A DNA stretch of 64,000 bases from contig JAVJWO010000165.1 of assembly GCA_040222015.1 (NCBI GenBank), positions 28,712 to 92,711 on the forward strand, read 5' to 3'. Shown one piece after another: positions 28,925 through 39,748 of this stretch. The notes under the pieces were generated by a model. It saw only the letters and a program-made list of their open reading frames with translations. It did no database searches and was not told the origin of the DNA. The first letter of the stretch is position 1; every line of letters begins with the position of its first letter. The stretch is from Coleofasciculus chthonoplastes F2-STO-03. GTDB taxonomy: Bacteria; Cyanobacteriota; Cyanobacteriia; Cyanobacteriales; Coleofasciculaceae. Position numbers and translations under genes: made by a program.

Positions 28925-28933
28925 CTTATATAA

Positions 28934-29006
28934 CGGAATGTAGCTCAATTGGCAGAGCAGGTGACTCTTAATCACTGGGTTGCAGGTTCGATTCCTGTCA
29001 TTCCCA
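28934..29006 (+). tRNA. tRNA-Lys(CTT), C1:C72 mismatch
   Basis: GGTGA-CT-CTT-AA-TCACT. Confidence 0.85.
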
Positions 29007-29011
29007 TTTGT

Positions 29012-29036
29012 TCGGGTGTGGCGCAGTTTGGCTAGC
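29012..29036 (+). pseudogene. 5' fragment of a tRNA (Pro-like), truncated
   Basis: TCGGGTGTGGCGCAGTTTGGCTAGC followed abruptly by AT-rich sequence. Confidence 0.6.
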
Positions 29037-29074
29037 TAATTAATATTATAATAGTTATACTGCGGATAAAACTA

Positions 29075-29308
29075 ATGTCTGTACAAGCCATGAAAATACA
29101 AGATCTAAAACTAGAACTAATTCAGTGGATTTTATTATTGCAAGATGTTCAACTTTTAAATGAGATCCAGACTATCAAAGAAAATTCAGCGGAAAATATA
29201 GTCCCTACTAAGCCTCGCCAATTTGGTTGTGGCAAAGGTATTTTTAGTTATGTGGCAGATGATTTTGATGCAACACCTCCGGGTTTTGAAGACTATATGC
29301 TACCATGA
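29075..29308 (+). CDS. Antitoxin (DUF2281/VapB-like)
   Basis: KPRQFGCGKG...ADDFDATPPGFEDYM; ATGA overlap with PIN toxin gene. Confidence 0.8.
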   Translation: MSVQAMKIQDLKLELIQWILLLQDVQLLNEIQTIKENSAENIVPTKPRQFGCGKGIFSYVADDFDATPPGFEDYMLP

Positions 29309-29685
29309 ACTATTTAATTGATACTCATATCTTAATTTGGTTTCTTGAAGGGAACACTAACCTTTCTAAGCAGGCACAAGACTTAATCGGTAATCCTGCT
29401 AATTCCATTTATGTCAGTCAAGCGAGTTTGTGGGAAATGACCATTAAGATTAGTATCGGCAAGTTGTCTTTGTCGATTTCATTGTCTGAGTTAGAAATTT
29501 TTCTAATAAATAATCAGTTTCAAATTTTAGACGCTAAGTTTAGTCATTACGAAATATTGCAGCATTTGCCCTTTCATCATCAAGATCCTTTTGACCGCTT
29601 GATTATCGCTCAGGCAAAAGCCGAAGATTATATGATCATCACAAATGATAATCGCTTCAAACTGTACAATGTAAAATTGGTGTAA
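29305..29685 (+). CDS. VapC-family PIN-domain toxin
   Basis: LIDTHILIW, SLWEM.IK, HQDPFDRLIIAQA, ITND. Confidence 0.92.
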   Translation: MNYLIDTHILIWFLEGNTNLSKQAQDLIGNPANSIYVSQASLWEMTIKISIGKLSLSISLSELEIFLINNQFQILDAKFSHYEILQHLPFHHQDPFDRLIIAQAKAEDYMIITNDNRFKLYNVKLV

Positions 29686-29957
29686 TTTGAACATCATCGG
29701 GGCTTTTCTGGATTACTTATTCAATCAAGCTGCGTTTATTGTTTTCAATAGATTAGCCGACACAAACGACACGCAACAAACAGAAAATTGGAGTAGGTTT
29801 CTACATCCAGAAATACGCGATCGCATACATTCAAAACTGACTAAACTCCGTACTTTACGCCGATCAGATTCCCAGAACACCGGTTTCTGGTGAGGACGAC
29901 AACAAATCAGCATTTTAGGTGCGTTAGCGAAGCGTAACGCACCCGATTAAATTAATT

Positions 29958-30923
29958 CTAAGCCAACTTACTTAACTCTCCATTACTCTCCTCTGTTATT
30001 ATCGAACCAATCCCATCTAACGTCGCTGGAATCGTGCGCGGGTCCATAAACATGATCTTGCTGCTGTTACTACTACCAATTTTTATCCCCATATCCAAAT
30101 AGTTTTGTGCCAATAAAAACTGTAGTGCTTGGGCTGATGAGGGAGCAGTGTTTAACTTTTTGCTAAGAATATCCATCGCGGCGGCTGTCCCTTGCGCCTT
30201 GAGAACTTGCTGCTTTTGTTGCGCTTCCGCCTCCAAAATAGCGGCTCGTTGACGCGCTTCTGCCTCAATGATTTGTGCCTCAGCTTCCCCTCTGGCACTA
30301 TTAACCACTGCTTCTCGTTCTCCTTCCGATGTCAGAATTGCCGCCTGTTTTTTCCGTTCCGCTGACATCTGTAATTCCATCGCCCCTTGCACGGTTTTAG
30401 ATGGCACAATATCCCGCAATTCTACCCGTGTTACCTTGACTCCCCACGGTGCTGTGGCAATATCTAATTCCCGCAATAGCATTTCATTCACTTCAGTGCG
30501 GGCGGTAAAGGTTTGGTTCAGTTCAAGTTTCCCCATTTCTGAGCGAATTTGAGTTAACACTAAATTCACCATGGCGGCTTTCAGATTCTGAACTTTGTAA
30601 TAGGATTTTTCTAAATTAATGACCCGCCAATATACCACAGCATCCACACTAATCGAAACATTATCACGGGTAATGCAATTTTGCGGTGGAATCTCTAACA
30701 CTTGTTCCCGAATCGTTTGCTGACAGGCAATCTGATCGAGAAAAGGAATGACAAAGTTTAAACCGGGTTCCAGTTTTTTACCATCATATCGACCTAGGGT
30801 TTCAACTAACGCCTCTTCTCCCTGCTTAATGATTTTGACACTCCCGGCTAAAGTCGTCCCAGTTAATGCGATAAATGCCATAAATAACCACTGATACATT
30901 TTAATTCTCCTGTTGAAAGACAA
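29958..30923 (-). CDS. SPFH/stomatin-like protein
   Basis: [34 protein letters not shown]. Confidence 0.92.
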   Translation of the reverse strand: MSFNRRIKMYQWLFMAFIALTGTTLAGSVKIIKQGEEALVETLGRYDGKKLEPGLNFVIPFLDQIACQQTIREQVLEIPPQNCITRDNVSISVDAVVYWRVINLEKSYYKVQNLKAAMVNLVLTQIRSEMGKLELNQTFTARTEVNEMLLRELDIATAPWGVKVTRVELRDIVPSKTVQGAMELQMSAERKKQAAILTSEGEREAVVNSARGEAEAQIIEAEARQRAAILEAEAQQKQQVLKAQGTAAAMDILSKKLNTAPSSAQALQFLLAQNYLDMGIKIGSSNSSKIMFMDPRTIPATLDGIGSIITEESNGELSKLA

Positions 30924-31000
30924 TTTGATTGAATGTGAATCGATTAGCCATTAAATGTTACTGGCTTGATGGTTTGCGAATATTGCGGAGAAAGAACCCA

Positions 31001-31543
31001 TTATGCTCGAAATAAATGTTCCGGCAAAACAATTAATGTGTTATCTTCTTGTCCAACAACATAAACGGTTTGATTGGCAGGAATACTCATGTGCCGTTCT
31101 TGACAACGCGCTGCCCAAGAACTGCCTTCATAGAGAACTCGTCCGGTTTCTCCTAGTGAAATTTCCGTTAATGTTTTGGCTTCCGTTGCTTCTGGAACTT
31201 TAAATTTTTTCCGCTTGAGCAACATCGGACGTATCCAGATAACCGAGGCGGTAGACAATACCATCCAGTAAGCCACCTGCCAGCGAAATGCGATAAATCT
31301 TGTCATTCTAAACAAGCTAAACGCTATGATTAGGGAAATAATTCCCATTGATAGAGGCACAAGTCTGAACTTTTGGGTGAAGGCTTTTGGCAGAAACAAC
31401 TCCAGTAGGCAAAGTACAACACCACTACCTAACCAGAACAAGGATGGATGAGGAATAAATGCGGATTTCGTAGTCGCTTGTGCCAGAATTGTTTGGGCAT
31501 CAATGCGATTCACTTCTGTCTGCATTAACAGCAATGTGAACAT
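31001..31543 (-). CDS. NfeD-like protein
   Basis: TM helices then GETGRVLYEGSSWAARC...EDNTLIV OB-fold. Confidence 0.85.
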   Translation of the reverse strand: MFTLLLMQTEVNRIDAQTILAQATTKSAFIPHPSLFWLGSGVVLCLLELFLPKAFTQKFRLVPLSMGIISLIIAFSLFRMTRFIAFRWQVAYWMVLSTASVIWIRPMLLKRKKFKVPEATEAKTLTEISLGETGRVLYEGSSWAARCQERHMSIPANQTVYVVGQEDNTLIVLPEHLFRA

Positions 31544-31591
31544 CTGACTATTTTCAAATAGAAGGACGAATGCAAATGGCGAATGACCAAC

Positions 31592-32104
31592 TCATGGCAT
31601 TACAATCAACGTATTATCCTCTCGCCGCAACACATAAACCGTTTGGTTAGGTGCGATCGCAAGTTCGGGATCGGCACAACAGGCTTGCCAAGAGGAACCC
31701 TCATACATCACTCGTCCCGTTTCTCCCGGTAATATCTCGGTTAACACCTGGGCTTGAGTCGCCTCTGGGATAGTATATTTAGGACGCCGAATCAACATAG
31801 GGCGCAACCAGATCGCAAACGCAAAGGATAATCCCATCCAATACATCACCTGTAAGCTAAACCCGTCATACATCAGAAATTGCCACTCAAACCCCAGTGC
31901 GATCGCGCCCTGCCATACAATAAATGAGACAAGTAGCGCACCTACACCCATCATTAGGGCAATAAACCGGAATCGCTTCGCCCAAGATTTGGGGATAAAG
32001 AATTCAACTAGGCAAAGTAGAACACCTGCAATCAGCCAAAATATAGGGGGAGTAATCCGAAAGGTTGATTGAGTCGTCGCCTGTGCCAAAACTTGGGATA
32101 ACAC
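31592..32104 (-). CDS. NfeD-like protein (paralog)
   Basis: GETGRVMYEGSSWQACC...REDNTLIVMP. Confidence 0.85.
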   Translation of the reverse strand: MLSQVLAQATTQSTFRITPPIFWLIAGVLLCLVEFFIPKSWAKRFRFIALMMGVGALLVSFIVWQGAIALGFEWQFLMYDGFSLQVMYWMGLSFAFAIWLRPMLIRRPKYTIPEATQAQVLTEILPGETGRVMYEGSSWQACCADPELAIAPNQTVYVLRREDNTLIVMP

Positions 32105-32363
32105 ATGAATGTCCTCGTGAACTCAGTTAATCGCAAGGGTTTTTTCTTGCTAATTCCTATTAAACTCGGTGGTGATTTGAGTTCGTGATGGAGTTATTTG
32201 AGTTCTTATCGAGTTCTCATCGACTTCCGAGTCAGTCTGTCATTCGTCATACTCGCGCAAGCGAGAAGCAAGCTACGTCATTTGTCATTTGTCATTATTT
32301 AACCGTTAAGGAGGTAAAGACTCGTAGGGTGCGTTAGCGTAGCGTAACGCACCTTTACCCCTG

Positions 32364-32539
32364 GATCAAACTAAACGATATGTCGAACATTTTTCTAAGA
32401 CAGACACTAAACAATGGTCATTACGCGAATATGACGAATCAGATGAGGCGATCTCGTTCTCCTCACTCGATTTTGAAATTTCTTTAACTGATGCGTATAA
32501 CAAGGTTAAATTCGAACCAGAAAATGCTGAGTATGAATA
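32364..32539 (+). pseudogene. 3' remnant of a Uma2-family gene
   Basis: DQTKRYVEHFSK...WSLREY...LDFEISLTDAYNKVKFE*. Confidence 0.6.
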
Positions 32540-32694
32540 ATATAACACTAAGCATTGAGGGTAATACATTCACAAATTAACAATGGATAAAATTCTGTAG
32601 GGGCGGGTTTCACGACCACCTTTTGGGTTACACCCAGATGTAACTAAACCCGCCCCGAATCAGGGTTCTAGACTTACAGTAAAATGTTATATCA

Positions 32695-33864
32695 TTAAGC
32701 CAATCCCCGCAGCAGTGATTGTACTAATAACTGAAAGTGAGTCGCTTCATGAGTTGCCATAACCGAAATGCGAATCCGACTGGTGGGAACCGTAGGAGGA
32801 CGAATGGCTGGGGCAAAAATACCTACCGTTTTTAGCCGTTGTGCCATGTTCAAAACATCTTTAACATTGGGAAATTGAAGGCACAAAATTGGCGATTCAG
32901 AGGGCAATATATTCAGCCCCGGTAACTTTTGCTGAATCAAAGACTTGAGCATTTCTACATTCTGCCACAGTCGATCGCGACGTTGCGGTTCTGTTTGGAC
33001 AATTTCAACCGCCGTTAACGCCGCTGCTGTATCAGCCGGAGATAATCCGGTGGTATAAATCCAGCTAGGGGCGCGATTTCTCAAGAAATCAATCAGAGTC
33101 GCTGAACCCGCAATATATCCTCCCAAACTCCCCAATGCTTTACTCAATGTTCCCATTTGAATTAAGGGGTATTCCGTACAACCAAAATGTTCTACACAGC
33201 CTGCACCTGTAATGCCTAAAACACCAGTCGCATGGGCTTCATCGACTAATACCATGCTGCTAAATTGATCCGCTAGTGAAAGAATATCTGGCAAGGGACA
33301 TAAATCCCCATCCATACTAAAAACGCTATCAGTTGCAATGAGACAGCGGCGGTAATTGTGGCGATGGTGAACCAGTTGACGCTTTAAGTCTTCCATATCC
33401 CTGTGGATATAGTTGATTACCGTCGCACCACTTAAAATTGCCCCATTCTTGAGGCTAGAGTGATTATACTGATCTGCCAGAATCAGATCACGCTTCCCGA
33501 CTAAAGCCGCGATCGCACCGATATTTGCCAGATAACCCGAACTAAACACCAATGCATCTTCGGTTTGTTTCAGAGATGCGATCGCACATTCTAATTCTCG
33601 ATGCAATTCCCGATGTCCACTGAGTAACCGAGAACCGGTACTACCTGTACCATAGTGCTGAGTCGCTGTAATCGCGGCTTGAATTAAACGCTCATCTCCC
33701 GCCAATCCTAAATAATCATTACTGGCAAAATTAATGACTTCTTGCCCTTCCAGTTTTACCACCGCACCGGGGCGATTTTGCAGCGTTTGCACTGAACGAT
33801 ACCAGTTAGCTTTATGGATAGTAGAAAGAGAGTCTTCTAACCAAGCATAAGGATTGGTTGTCAT
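32695..33864 (-). CDS. bioF: 8-amino-7-oxononanoate synthase
   Basis: [43 protein letters not shown]. Confidence 0.95.
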   Translation of the reverse strand: MTTNPYAWLEDSLSTIHKANWYRSVQTLQNRPGAVVKLEGQEVINFASNDYLGLAGDERLIQAAITATQHYGTGSTGSRLLSGHRELHRELECAIASLKQTEDALVFSSGYLANIGAIAALVGKRDLILADQYNHSSLKNGAILSGATVINYIHRDMEDLKRQLVHHRHNYRRCLIATDSVFSMDGDLCPLPDILSLADQFSSMVLVDEAHATGVLGITGAGCVEHFGCTEYPLIQMGTLSKALGSLGGYIAGSATLIDFLRNRAPSWIYTTGLSPADTAAALTAVEIVQTEPQRRDRLWQNVEMLKSLIQQKLPGLNILPSESPILCLQFPNVKDVLNMAQRLKTVGIFAPAIRPPTVPTSRIRISVMATHEATHFQLLVQSLLRGLA

Positions 33865-34138
33865 AAGTAGAAAGTTAACGGTTGAGATTAGGGAACAGGC
33901 AACAGAAAACAAACTGTTCGGCATTTAAAGCCTAATGTAAAAAATTACGAAATCCTTGCTTGTAGTGCGAGCATCTTGCTCGCTATCATTCCCAATTTAA
34001 ATGCGTCTTAGCTTACTCGTTTTCCGTCACGCCAGTAGGGTGGGCATTGCCCACCAGCCTTAATAATCGTGACATTCCACATAAGGTTGAGATTAGGAAA
34101 CAGGTAATAGGGAACACACAATTGAAATGTGTCTTAGC

Positions 34139-34354
34139 TTACTCGTTTTCAGAAGCCGGATCAACTTTATCCTGTTGAGTTTCCCTATTCGTCACACTCT
34201 CAACCAAACCCATTTCAAAGGCAATTTCTGGTAAATCTTCAGCCTTATATTTTCCTGGTTGAAACATCTGTCCAGGGGTTAGACACATCTGTTTGAGTTC
34301 AACAACTTCAGTGGGAGCGAATAATCCTTTCCATCTTCTATTCTCAATACCCAT
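34139..34354 (-). CDS. Small hypothetical protein
   Basis: ORF with upstream AGGAG; flanked by copies of the same repeat. Confidence 0.45.
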   Translation of the reverse strand: MGIENRRWKGLFAPTEVVELKQMCLTPGQMFQPGKYKAEDLPEIAFEMGLVESVTNRETQQDKVDPASENE

Positions 34355-34498
34355 CGCTGATAACTCCTACGGTTATAAAGACGAAATCCTTGTAGTGCGA
34401 GCATCTTGCTCGCTACTAATACCCAATTTAAATGCGTGAAAGCTTATTCCACTATTTTAGCTATTTTAGCGGTACCACAACTGTATTTCATACTTGAT

Positions 34499-35128
34499 TT
34501 ATAAATTTTCTCTCACCCAAGCACGAAACGTTTTCAACAGCGCAATTTCGCCCATTGTTTGACGCTGCTGAAGAAATCGGCTCATTTCATTAACGGATAC
34601 TAAAGGAAAAGCCAAACTAGATTCACACTCAACATATTCTCCTTCTACCCGTTGATAGAATCGCAAAACTTGCCCATTATACCGCCAAAGTTCAGGGACA
34701 CCTAGCGCCGAGTAAATCCCCAACTTATCCACAGAACTGCTGGTAATATCAATTTCACTCGCTAAGTCAGGGGGCGGATCAATTTCTAAATCAATGTTTT
34801 GCCGACCTCGAACAGCGGGTTCATTTTGGATATAATAACAATTATCCGGTTCTATCCCTCGCTTGACTATTTCTCGTTTCAGTGTTGTCGAACCAGCGCT
34901 TTTAATCTCAATGTTTAACTCTTCAGCTAATGCAATAATGAAATTACCCAAATTAGCCTTAGGATTCTCATGGTCAAAACGAGGCGTCCTAATTTCCAAC
35001 GTACCGCCGTCATAAGCAAACCGATAACCCCTATCTTCACCCGTTTCTACCAATAATACTTCAAACGTTTGCCAGCTAATATTCCGCAGGACAGTTCGTT
35101 GTTCAGCTAGAGTTGAGCTTATCAACAT
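34499..35128 (-). CDS. Uma2-family endonuclease
   Basis: ISWQTFE, GIEPDNCYYIQN, PPPDLA.EIDIT, LGVPELWRY. Confidence 0.88.
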   Translation of the reverse strand: MLISSTLAEQRTVLRNISWQTFEVLLVETGEDRGYRFAYDGGTLEIRTPRFDHENPKANLGNFIIALAEELNIEIKSAGSTTLKREIVKRGIEPDNCYYIQNEPAVRGRQNIDLEIDPPPDLASEIDITSSSVDKLGIYSALGVPELWRYNGQVLRFYQRVEGEYVECESSLAFPLVSVNEMSRFLQQRQTMGEIALLKTFRAWVRENL

Positions 35129-35271
35129 ACCTATAATCTCAATTGAATGGCACTAACCTACTCTCCCCAAAAACCTCTGCGTACCTCTGCGCGTACCTCT
35201 GCGAACCTCTGCGTTAAAAAAAATCCCTAACCACCCAAAACTGTAGGGTAGGCATTGCCCACCCCACAACT

Positions 35272-36534
35272 CTACTCCATGACACTCTTAAAAAAATCAA
35301 TCGTCTCTTTCAACGCCTGAACAAACACGTCAATCTCTTCCCGCGTATTATAAAAATACAAACTCGCCCGCGCCGAACCCGTTACCTCTAAAATTCGGTG
35401 CAACGGTTGAGTACAATGATGACCCGAACGAATCGCTACTCCTTCATGGTCCAATAACGTAGACACATCACTCGCCGCCAATCCCTCAACATTAAACGAA
35501 GCCAAAGCCGCCCTTCCTTTCCCCTCTGCAGTCGGTTGAGGACCATACAGGGTCAAATCAGGAACATCCCGTAACTGCTGAAACAGATACGCCGTCAATT
35601 CCTCCTCATAAGCATGGATTTTATCCATACCAATCCCCATTAAATAGTCTACCGCCGCACCCAGCGCGATCGCTTCCCCAATCGCAGGGGTTCCGGCTTC
35701 AAATTTGTGGGGCAATTCGGCGTAGGTAGAATAGTCGAGAAAGACTTCGGAAATCATCTCACCCCCACCCATAAACGGCGGCATTTCCAGCAACAAATCT
35801 AACTTGCCATACAAAAAGCCAATCCCAGTCGGCGCACACATTTTGTGACCTGATGCGACTAACCAGTCACAACCCATCGCCTGCACATCAATGGGTGTAT
35901 GGGGGACAGATTGGCAAGCATCAATCAATACCTTAGCGCCATACTGATGTGCGATCGCACAAATCTCTTCAACTGGGTTAATACATCCCAACGTATTCGA
36001 GACATGGACAACACCAACTAACTTTGTCTGCTCAGAAATCAGAGACTTGAACTGTTCTAAATCAAACTCCTGAGTTTCCGTCAGTTCCACATACTTCAAC
36101 ACCGCCCCCGTCTTCTGAGCAATGATTTGCCAAGGAACAATATTGCTGTGATGTTCCATCACCGAGAGAATGATTTCATCCCCTGGCTGCAACGTATTTA
36201 ATCCCCAGCTATACGCCACCAAGTTAATCGCTTCTGAGGCATTTCGGGTAAAAACAATCTCATTCCGCGACGCCGCATTCACAAACGCCGCCACCTTATC
36301 CCGCGCTGACTCATACGCTTCTGTGGCGCGGACACTCAACGCATGGGCGCCTCGGTGGACATTAGCATTGTCCTTTTCATAGTAATTTTGCAACGCATTC
36401 AGCACCGCCAACGGTTTCTGAGAGGTGGCAGCACTGTCAAAATAAATTAACGGTTTATCGTGAACTTTCTCCTGCAAAATGGGAAAGTCAGAACGGACGA
36501 TAGCAGCTAGGGTTTTTTCTTGGGTAATGGTCAT
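35272..36534 (-). CDS. sufS: Cysteine desulfurase SufS
   Basis: [20 protein letters not shown]. Confidence 0.97.
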   Translation of the reverse strand: MTITQEKTLAAIVRSDFPILQEKVHDKPLIYFDSAATSQKPLAVLNALQNYYEKDNANVHRGAHALSVRATEAYESARDKVAAFVNAASRNEIVFTRNASEAINLVAYSWGLNTLQPGDEIILSVMEHHSNIVPWQIIAQKTGAVLKYVELTETQEFDLEQFKSLISEQTKLVGVVHVSNTLGCINPVEEICAIAHQYGAKVLIDACQSVPHTPIDVQAMGCDWLVASGHKMCAPTGIGFLYGKLDLLLEMPPFMGGGEMISEVFLDYSTYAELPHKFEAGTPAIGEAIALGAAVDYLMGIGMDKIHAYEEELTAYLFQQLRDVPDLTLYGPQPTAEGKGRAALASFNVEGLAASDVSTLLDHEGVAIRSGHHCTQPLHRILEVTGSARASLYFYNTREEIDVFVQALKETIDFFKSVME

Positions 36535-36631
36535 TGGTTATTCGTCATTCGTCATTTGTCATTTGTCATTGCTCTGTCGTCAACTGTCCTGAAAACCGCT
36601 ATAAGTTTACCTTTAGTGGTGGATATCTTGC

Positions 36632-37360
36632 TCAATAACTCCACCGCCAAATCTCATCACGAACAGAGCGTGCAGCTGTAACAAGAGGTTTTGTAATAGT
36701 TAAATGATCATACCAGTGTCCTCCAGCAAGGCTACTGATTGATCCCTTTTGGGTAGACAAGCTAGGGTGACTCACTAGACGAACCACCTCTGGATGAAAT
36801 CGGCGGAACAGTGTTAAAGCACCATCCATATACATCCGCCCACCTCTGGGATGTCCTGGTGGATTAATCATAGTTTCCTCAAGATACTGAACCAGTTTGT
36901 CAAGTACACGACCATTAACACAGTAGCAGTGTATCCATTTGAATCCCTTGGAAAAGGGTACTAGACCAAACGGATACCCACGAAGTTCGCTTTTAAGGGG
37001 ATGACCTAAATAGCATAAGTCCCAGTCTGAACTCGCTAACTGTTGAACAAGTTTCTCTTGCTTGTCCTTTCTTCTGAGGCAACGACGGAATATTGCATCA
37101 TCTTCCAGTATCCAAACTCCTTCCAGATTGTCTTTTGCAGACTCTCTAAAAGCCTCAAGGTGGCTGAGGAAATTTCCGTAAACACTCCGCGAAGGAAATC
37201 CATTCGTCTCTTCTGGTCGAGGTGCATCGGGTATTCTCACCTTTGATGCAGTAATATCAATGCCGATAAATGCTAATTCTTGCTTCAGTGCACGATATCG
37301 ATCCTCTCGCTCCGGCAGGTGAATAATGTATAAGCGATCAAAGTAATCTATTAAGTCCAT
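36632..37360 (-). CDS. Glycosyltransferase family 25-like protein
   Basis: YIIHLPEREDR, FLSHL, ILEDDA. Confidence 0.75.
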   Translation of the reverse strand: MDLIDYFDRLYIIHLPEREDRYRALKQELAFIGIDITASKVRIPDAPRPEETNGFPSRSVYGNFLSHLEAFRESAKDNLEGVWILEDDAIFRRCLRRKDKQEKLVQQLASSDWDLCYLGHPLKSELRGYPFGLVPFSKGFKWIHCYCVNGRVLDKLVQYLEETMINPPGHPRGGRMYMDGALTLFRRFHPEVVRLVSHPSLSTQKGSISSLAGGHWYDHLTITKPLVTAARSVRDEIWRWSY

Positions 37361-37384
37361 TTGCCTCTTGCCTTTTGCCTTTTC

Positions 37385-38743
37385 CTAAATTGTTCTACAC
37401 ATCGCACATTGGGAAAGTCTTTGCCGTAGTGAGTCTACCGGGATTCGCTGGAGAATCTCCGCGACAAAGGCATCAATTAACAGATTCCGGGCATTGGTTT
37501 CATTTAGTCCCCGACTTTGTAAATAGAACACATCCTCCGGGTCTAATTGACTCACCGTCGCACCGTGAGAACATTTTACTTGGTCTGCCGTAATTTCCAA
37601 TTGCGGTTTGGTATTCACACGGGCTTTAGCTGAAAGCAATAAATTGCGATTCAATTGAGCCGCATTAGTAAATTGAGCCGCTTGCGGCACGAAAACCTTA
37701 CCATTGAAGACGCCGTGCGCCCGGTCATCTATGATACATTTGTGCAACTGGTTGGTCATGCTATATGGATGATTCAATAGCACCGCACTGTGGGTATCGG
37801 CTACCTGTTCCCCACCAATCATGGTTAAACCCTTCAGTGTGGTTTCAGTCGCCTCACCGGTTTGCACGATTTCTAGATTATGTCGGGATAGTCTCGCCCC
37901 TAAACTAATCGCGTTACAGGTATAGCGGCTATTCCGGGCTTGGGTGACGGCTGTTTTACCAATGTGGAACCCATCAATCGCTTCTCGCTGATTCCGGGTA
38001 TGGATAACCTGGGCGTCATCCTCAATCCAAATCTCCGTCACTTGGTTATTGAAATAAGGACGATTTACCGGAATATCAGGACATCCTTCTACATTCGCTG
38101 CGTAATGTTCAATCAGATTCACCACCGAACCCGCTTCAGCAACCACTAGACAGCGCGGTTGGCAAATGACAGGTACGTCGTTAGTGGTGGAAATAAACAG
38201 CAGATGAATCGGTGTTTCAACTACTTTGTTTTTGGGTATCCACACCACCGCCGCATCCGTGAGTCCCGATGTATTTAGGGCGGTGAAGACATCCGACGCC
38301 CCTTGTTGCTTGCCTAGATAATTGGGGATTCGTCCCTGATATGCCGCAGGTAAACCCGCCAAATTCCCCACATATACGCCTTCGGGTAATCCATGCACCG
38401 ATGATAAATCTGGTGCATATACTCCATTGACAAAGACTAATCGACTATCTGGGGTTTCAGGTAGGATGAGGGAGGTTAGGTCTAAGTGTTGCAGGAACTG
38501 TTCAAAAAACGCCTCCACCCCTTGGAAATTCACCGCCAATAACGGTGACAAATCCGTAAACCGCCATTCTTCATCTCGACGGGTAGGAATCGCTAATTCT
38601 TCCACAATCGCCGCCGCTTGATCCCGCAGTTGCCCGATAGTGGCGTTTAATGGTCCTCCAACAAAGGGTTCATCTTGGCGACATTGGTCTAATAACGCCT
38701 TTAAATAAGAAATTTCCGGTTTTGCAGATAGTTGTATACTCAT
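37385..38743 (-). CDS. sufD: Fe-S assembly protein SufD
   Basis: DEEWRFTDL, KPQLEITAD.VKCSHGATV. Confidence 0.97.
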   Translation of the reverse strand: MSIQLSAKPEISYLKALLDQCRQDEPFVGGPLNATIGQLRDQAAAIVEELAIPTRRDEEWRFTDLSPLLAVNFQGVEAFFEQFLQHLDLTSLILPETPDSRLVFVNGVYAPDLSSVHGLPEGVYVGNLAGLPAAYQGRIPNYLGKQQGASDVFTALNTSGLTDAAVVWIPKNKVVETPIHLLFISTTNDVPVICQPRCLVVAEAGSVVNLIEHYAANVEGCPDIPVNRPYFNNQVTEIWIEDDAQVIHTRNQREAIDGFHIGKTAVTQARNSRYTCNAISLGARLSRHNLEIVQTGEATETTLKGLTMIGGEQVADTHSAVLLNHPYSMTNQLHKCIIDDRAHGVFNGKVFVPQAAQFTNAAQLNRNLLLSAKARVNTKPQLEITADQVKCSHGATVSQLDPEDVFYLQSRGLNETNARNLLIDAFVAEILQRIPVDSLRQRLSQCAMCRTI

Positions 38744-39531
38744 TAGACAATCACCTCAGCCGCCGCTTCTTCTATTACCCAGTCATAACCACGGGATTCT
38801 AATTCTAATGCCAATTCCTTACCCCCGGTTTTGAGGATGCGCCCTCCTGCCATGACATGGACATAATCCGGTTCAATATAATTGAGCATCCGTTGGTAGT
38901 GGGTAATCAAAATCATGGCATTGTCGGAAGTTGCCAACTGACTCACCCCATTAGCGACAATCTTCAGTGCGTCAATATCCAAACCGGAATCCGTTTCATC
39001 GAGAATTGCCAGTTTAGGTTCTAACAGCGCCATTTGCAGAATCTCATTCCGCTTCTTCTCACCGCCAGAGAAGCCTTCATTTAAACTCCGTTCTAAAAAG
39101 CTGGGATTCATCTTGACAATTTCCAGCTTTTCTTCTATGAGATCCTCAAAGTCAAAGGTATCAATTTCCTCTAATCCCTGATGCTTGCGGCGGGAATTAT
39201 AGGCGACGCGCAGGAAGTCTAAATTACTGACACCAGGAATTTCTAAGGGATACTGAAATGCCAAAAATACGCCAGCTAATGCTCGTTCTTCGGGTTCGAG
39301 TTCCAGCAGATTTTGTCCTAGAAAGGTGATCTCGCCCCCTGTAACTTCATAGGCAGGATGTCCGGCTAACAGCTTAGAAAAGGTACTTTTGCCGGAGCCA
39401 TTTTGTCCCATAATGGCGTGAATTTCTCCCGCCTTCACCTCCAGGTTTAAGCCTTTGAGGATTTGTTGTCCTTCAACCGTTGCCGTCAAATTGCGGACGG
39501 ATAAAATTACGTCGCTATTTTCTCTAATCAT
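38743..39531 (-). CDS. sufC: Fe-S assembly ATPase SufC
   Basis: [28 protein letters not shown]. Confidence 0.97.
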   Translation of the reverse strand: MIRENSDVILSVRNLTATVEGQQILKGLNLEVKAGEIHAIMGQNGSGKSTFSKLLAGHPAYEVTGGEITFLGQNLLELEPEERALAGVFLAFQYPLEIPGVSNLDFLRVAYNSRRKHQGLEEIDTFDFEDLIEEKLEIVKMNPSFLERSLNEGFSGGEKKRNEILQMALLEPKLAILDETDSGLDIDALKIVANGVSQLATSDNAMILITHYQRMLNYIEPDYVHVMAGGRILKTGGKELALELESRGYDWVIEEAAAEVIV

Positions 39532-39748
39532 TGCTCGTTACTACAGGGTTTTGCCAATTCTGATAGATGAGATGGGATGGGATGGGATGTTCCAGACGTA
39601 TCATACTACGTCTCTACAATCGGGGCGGATGTAGGGTGCGTAGGGTGCGTTAGCGGAGCGTAACGCACCATTTCAAGCGTAACGCACCATTTCAAACGAT
39701 AGTCGTGAAACCCGCCCCTACAGAGGCGTCATGGTACTTACCCAATCC

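Noticed and set aside
29687..29913. ORFs 29687-29893 and 29725-29913
   Set aside because: No RBS or recognisable family; possibly a gene fragment
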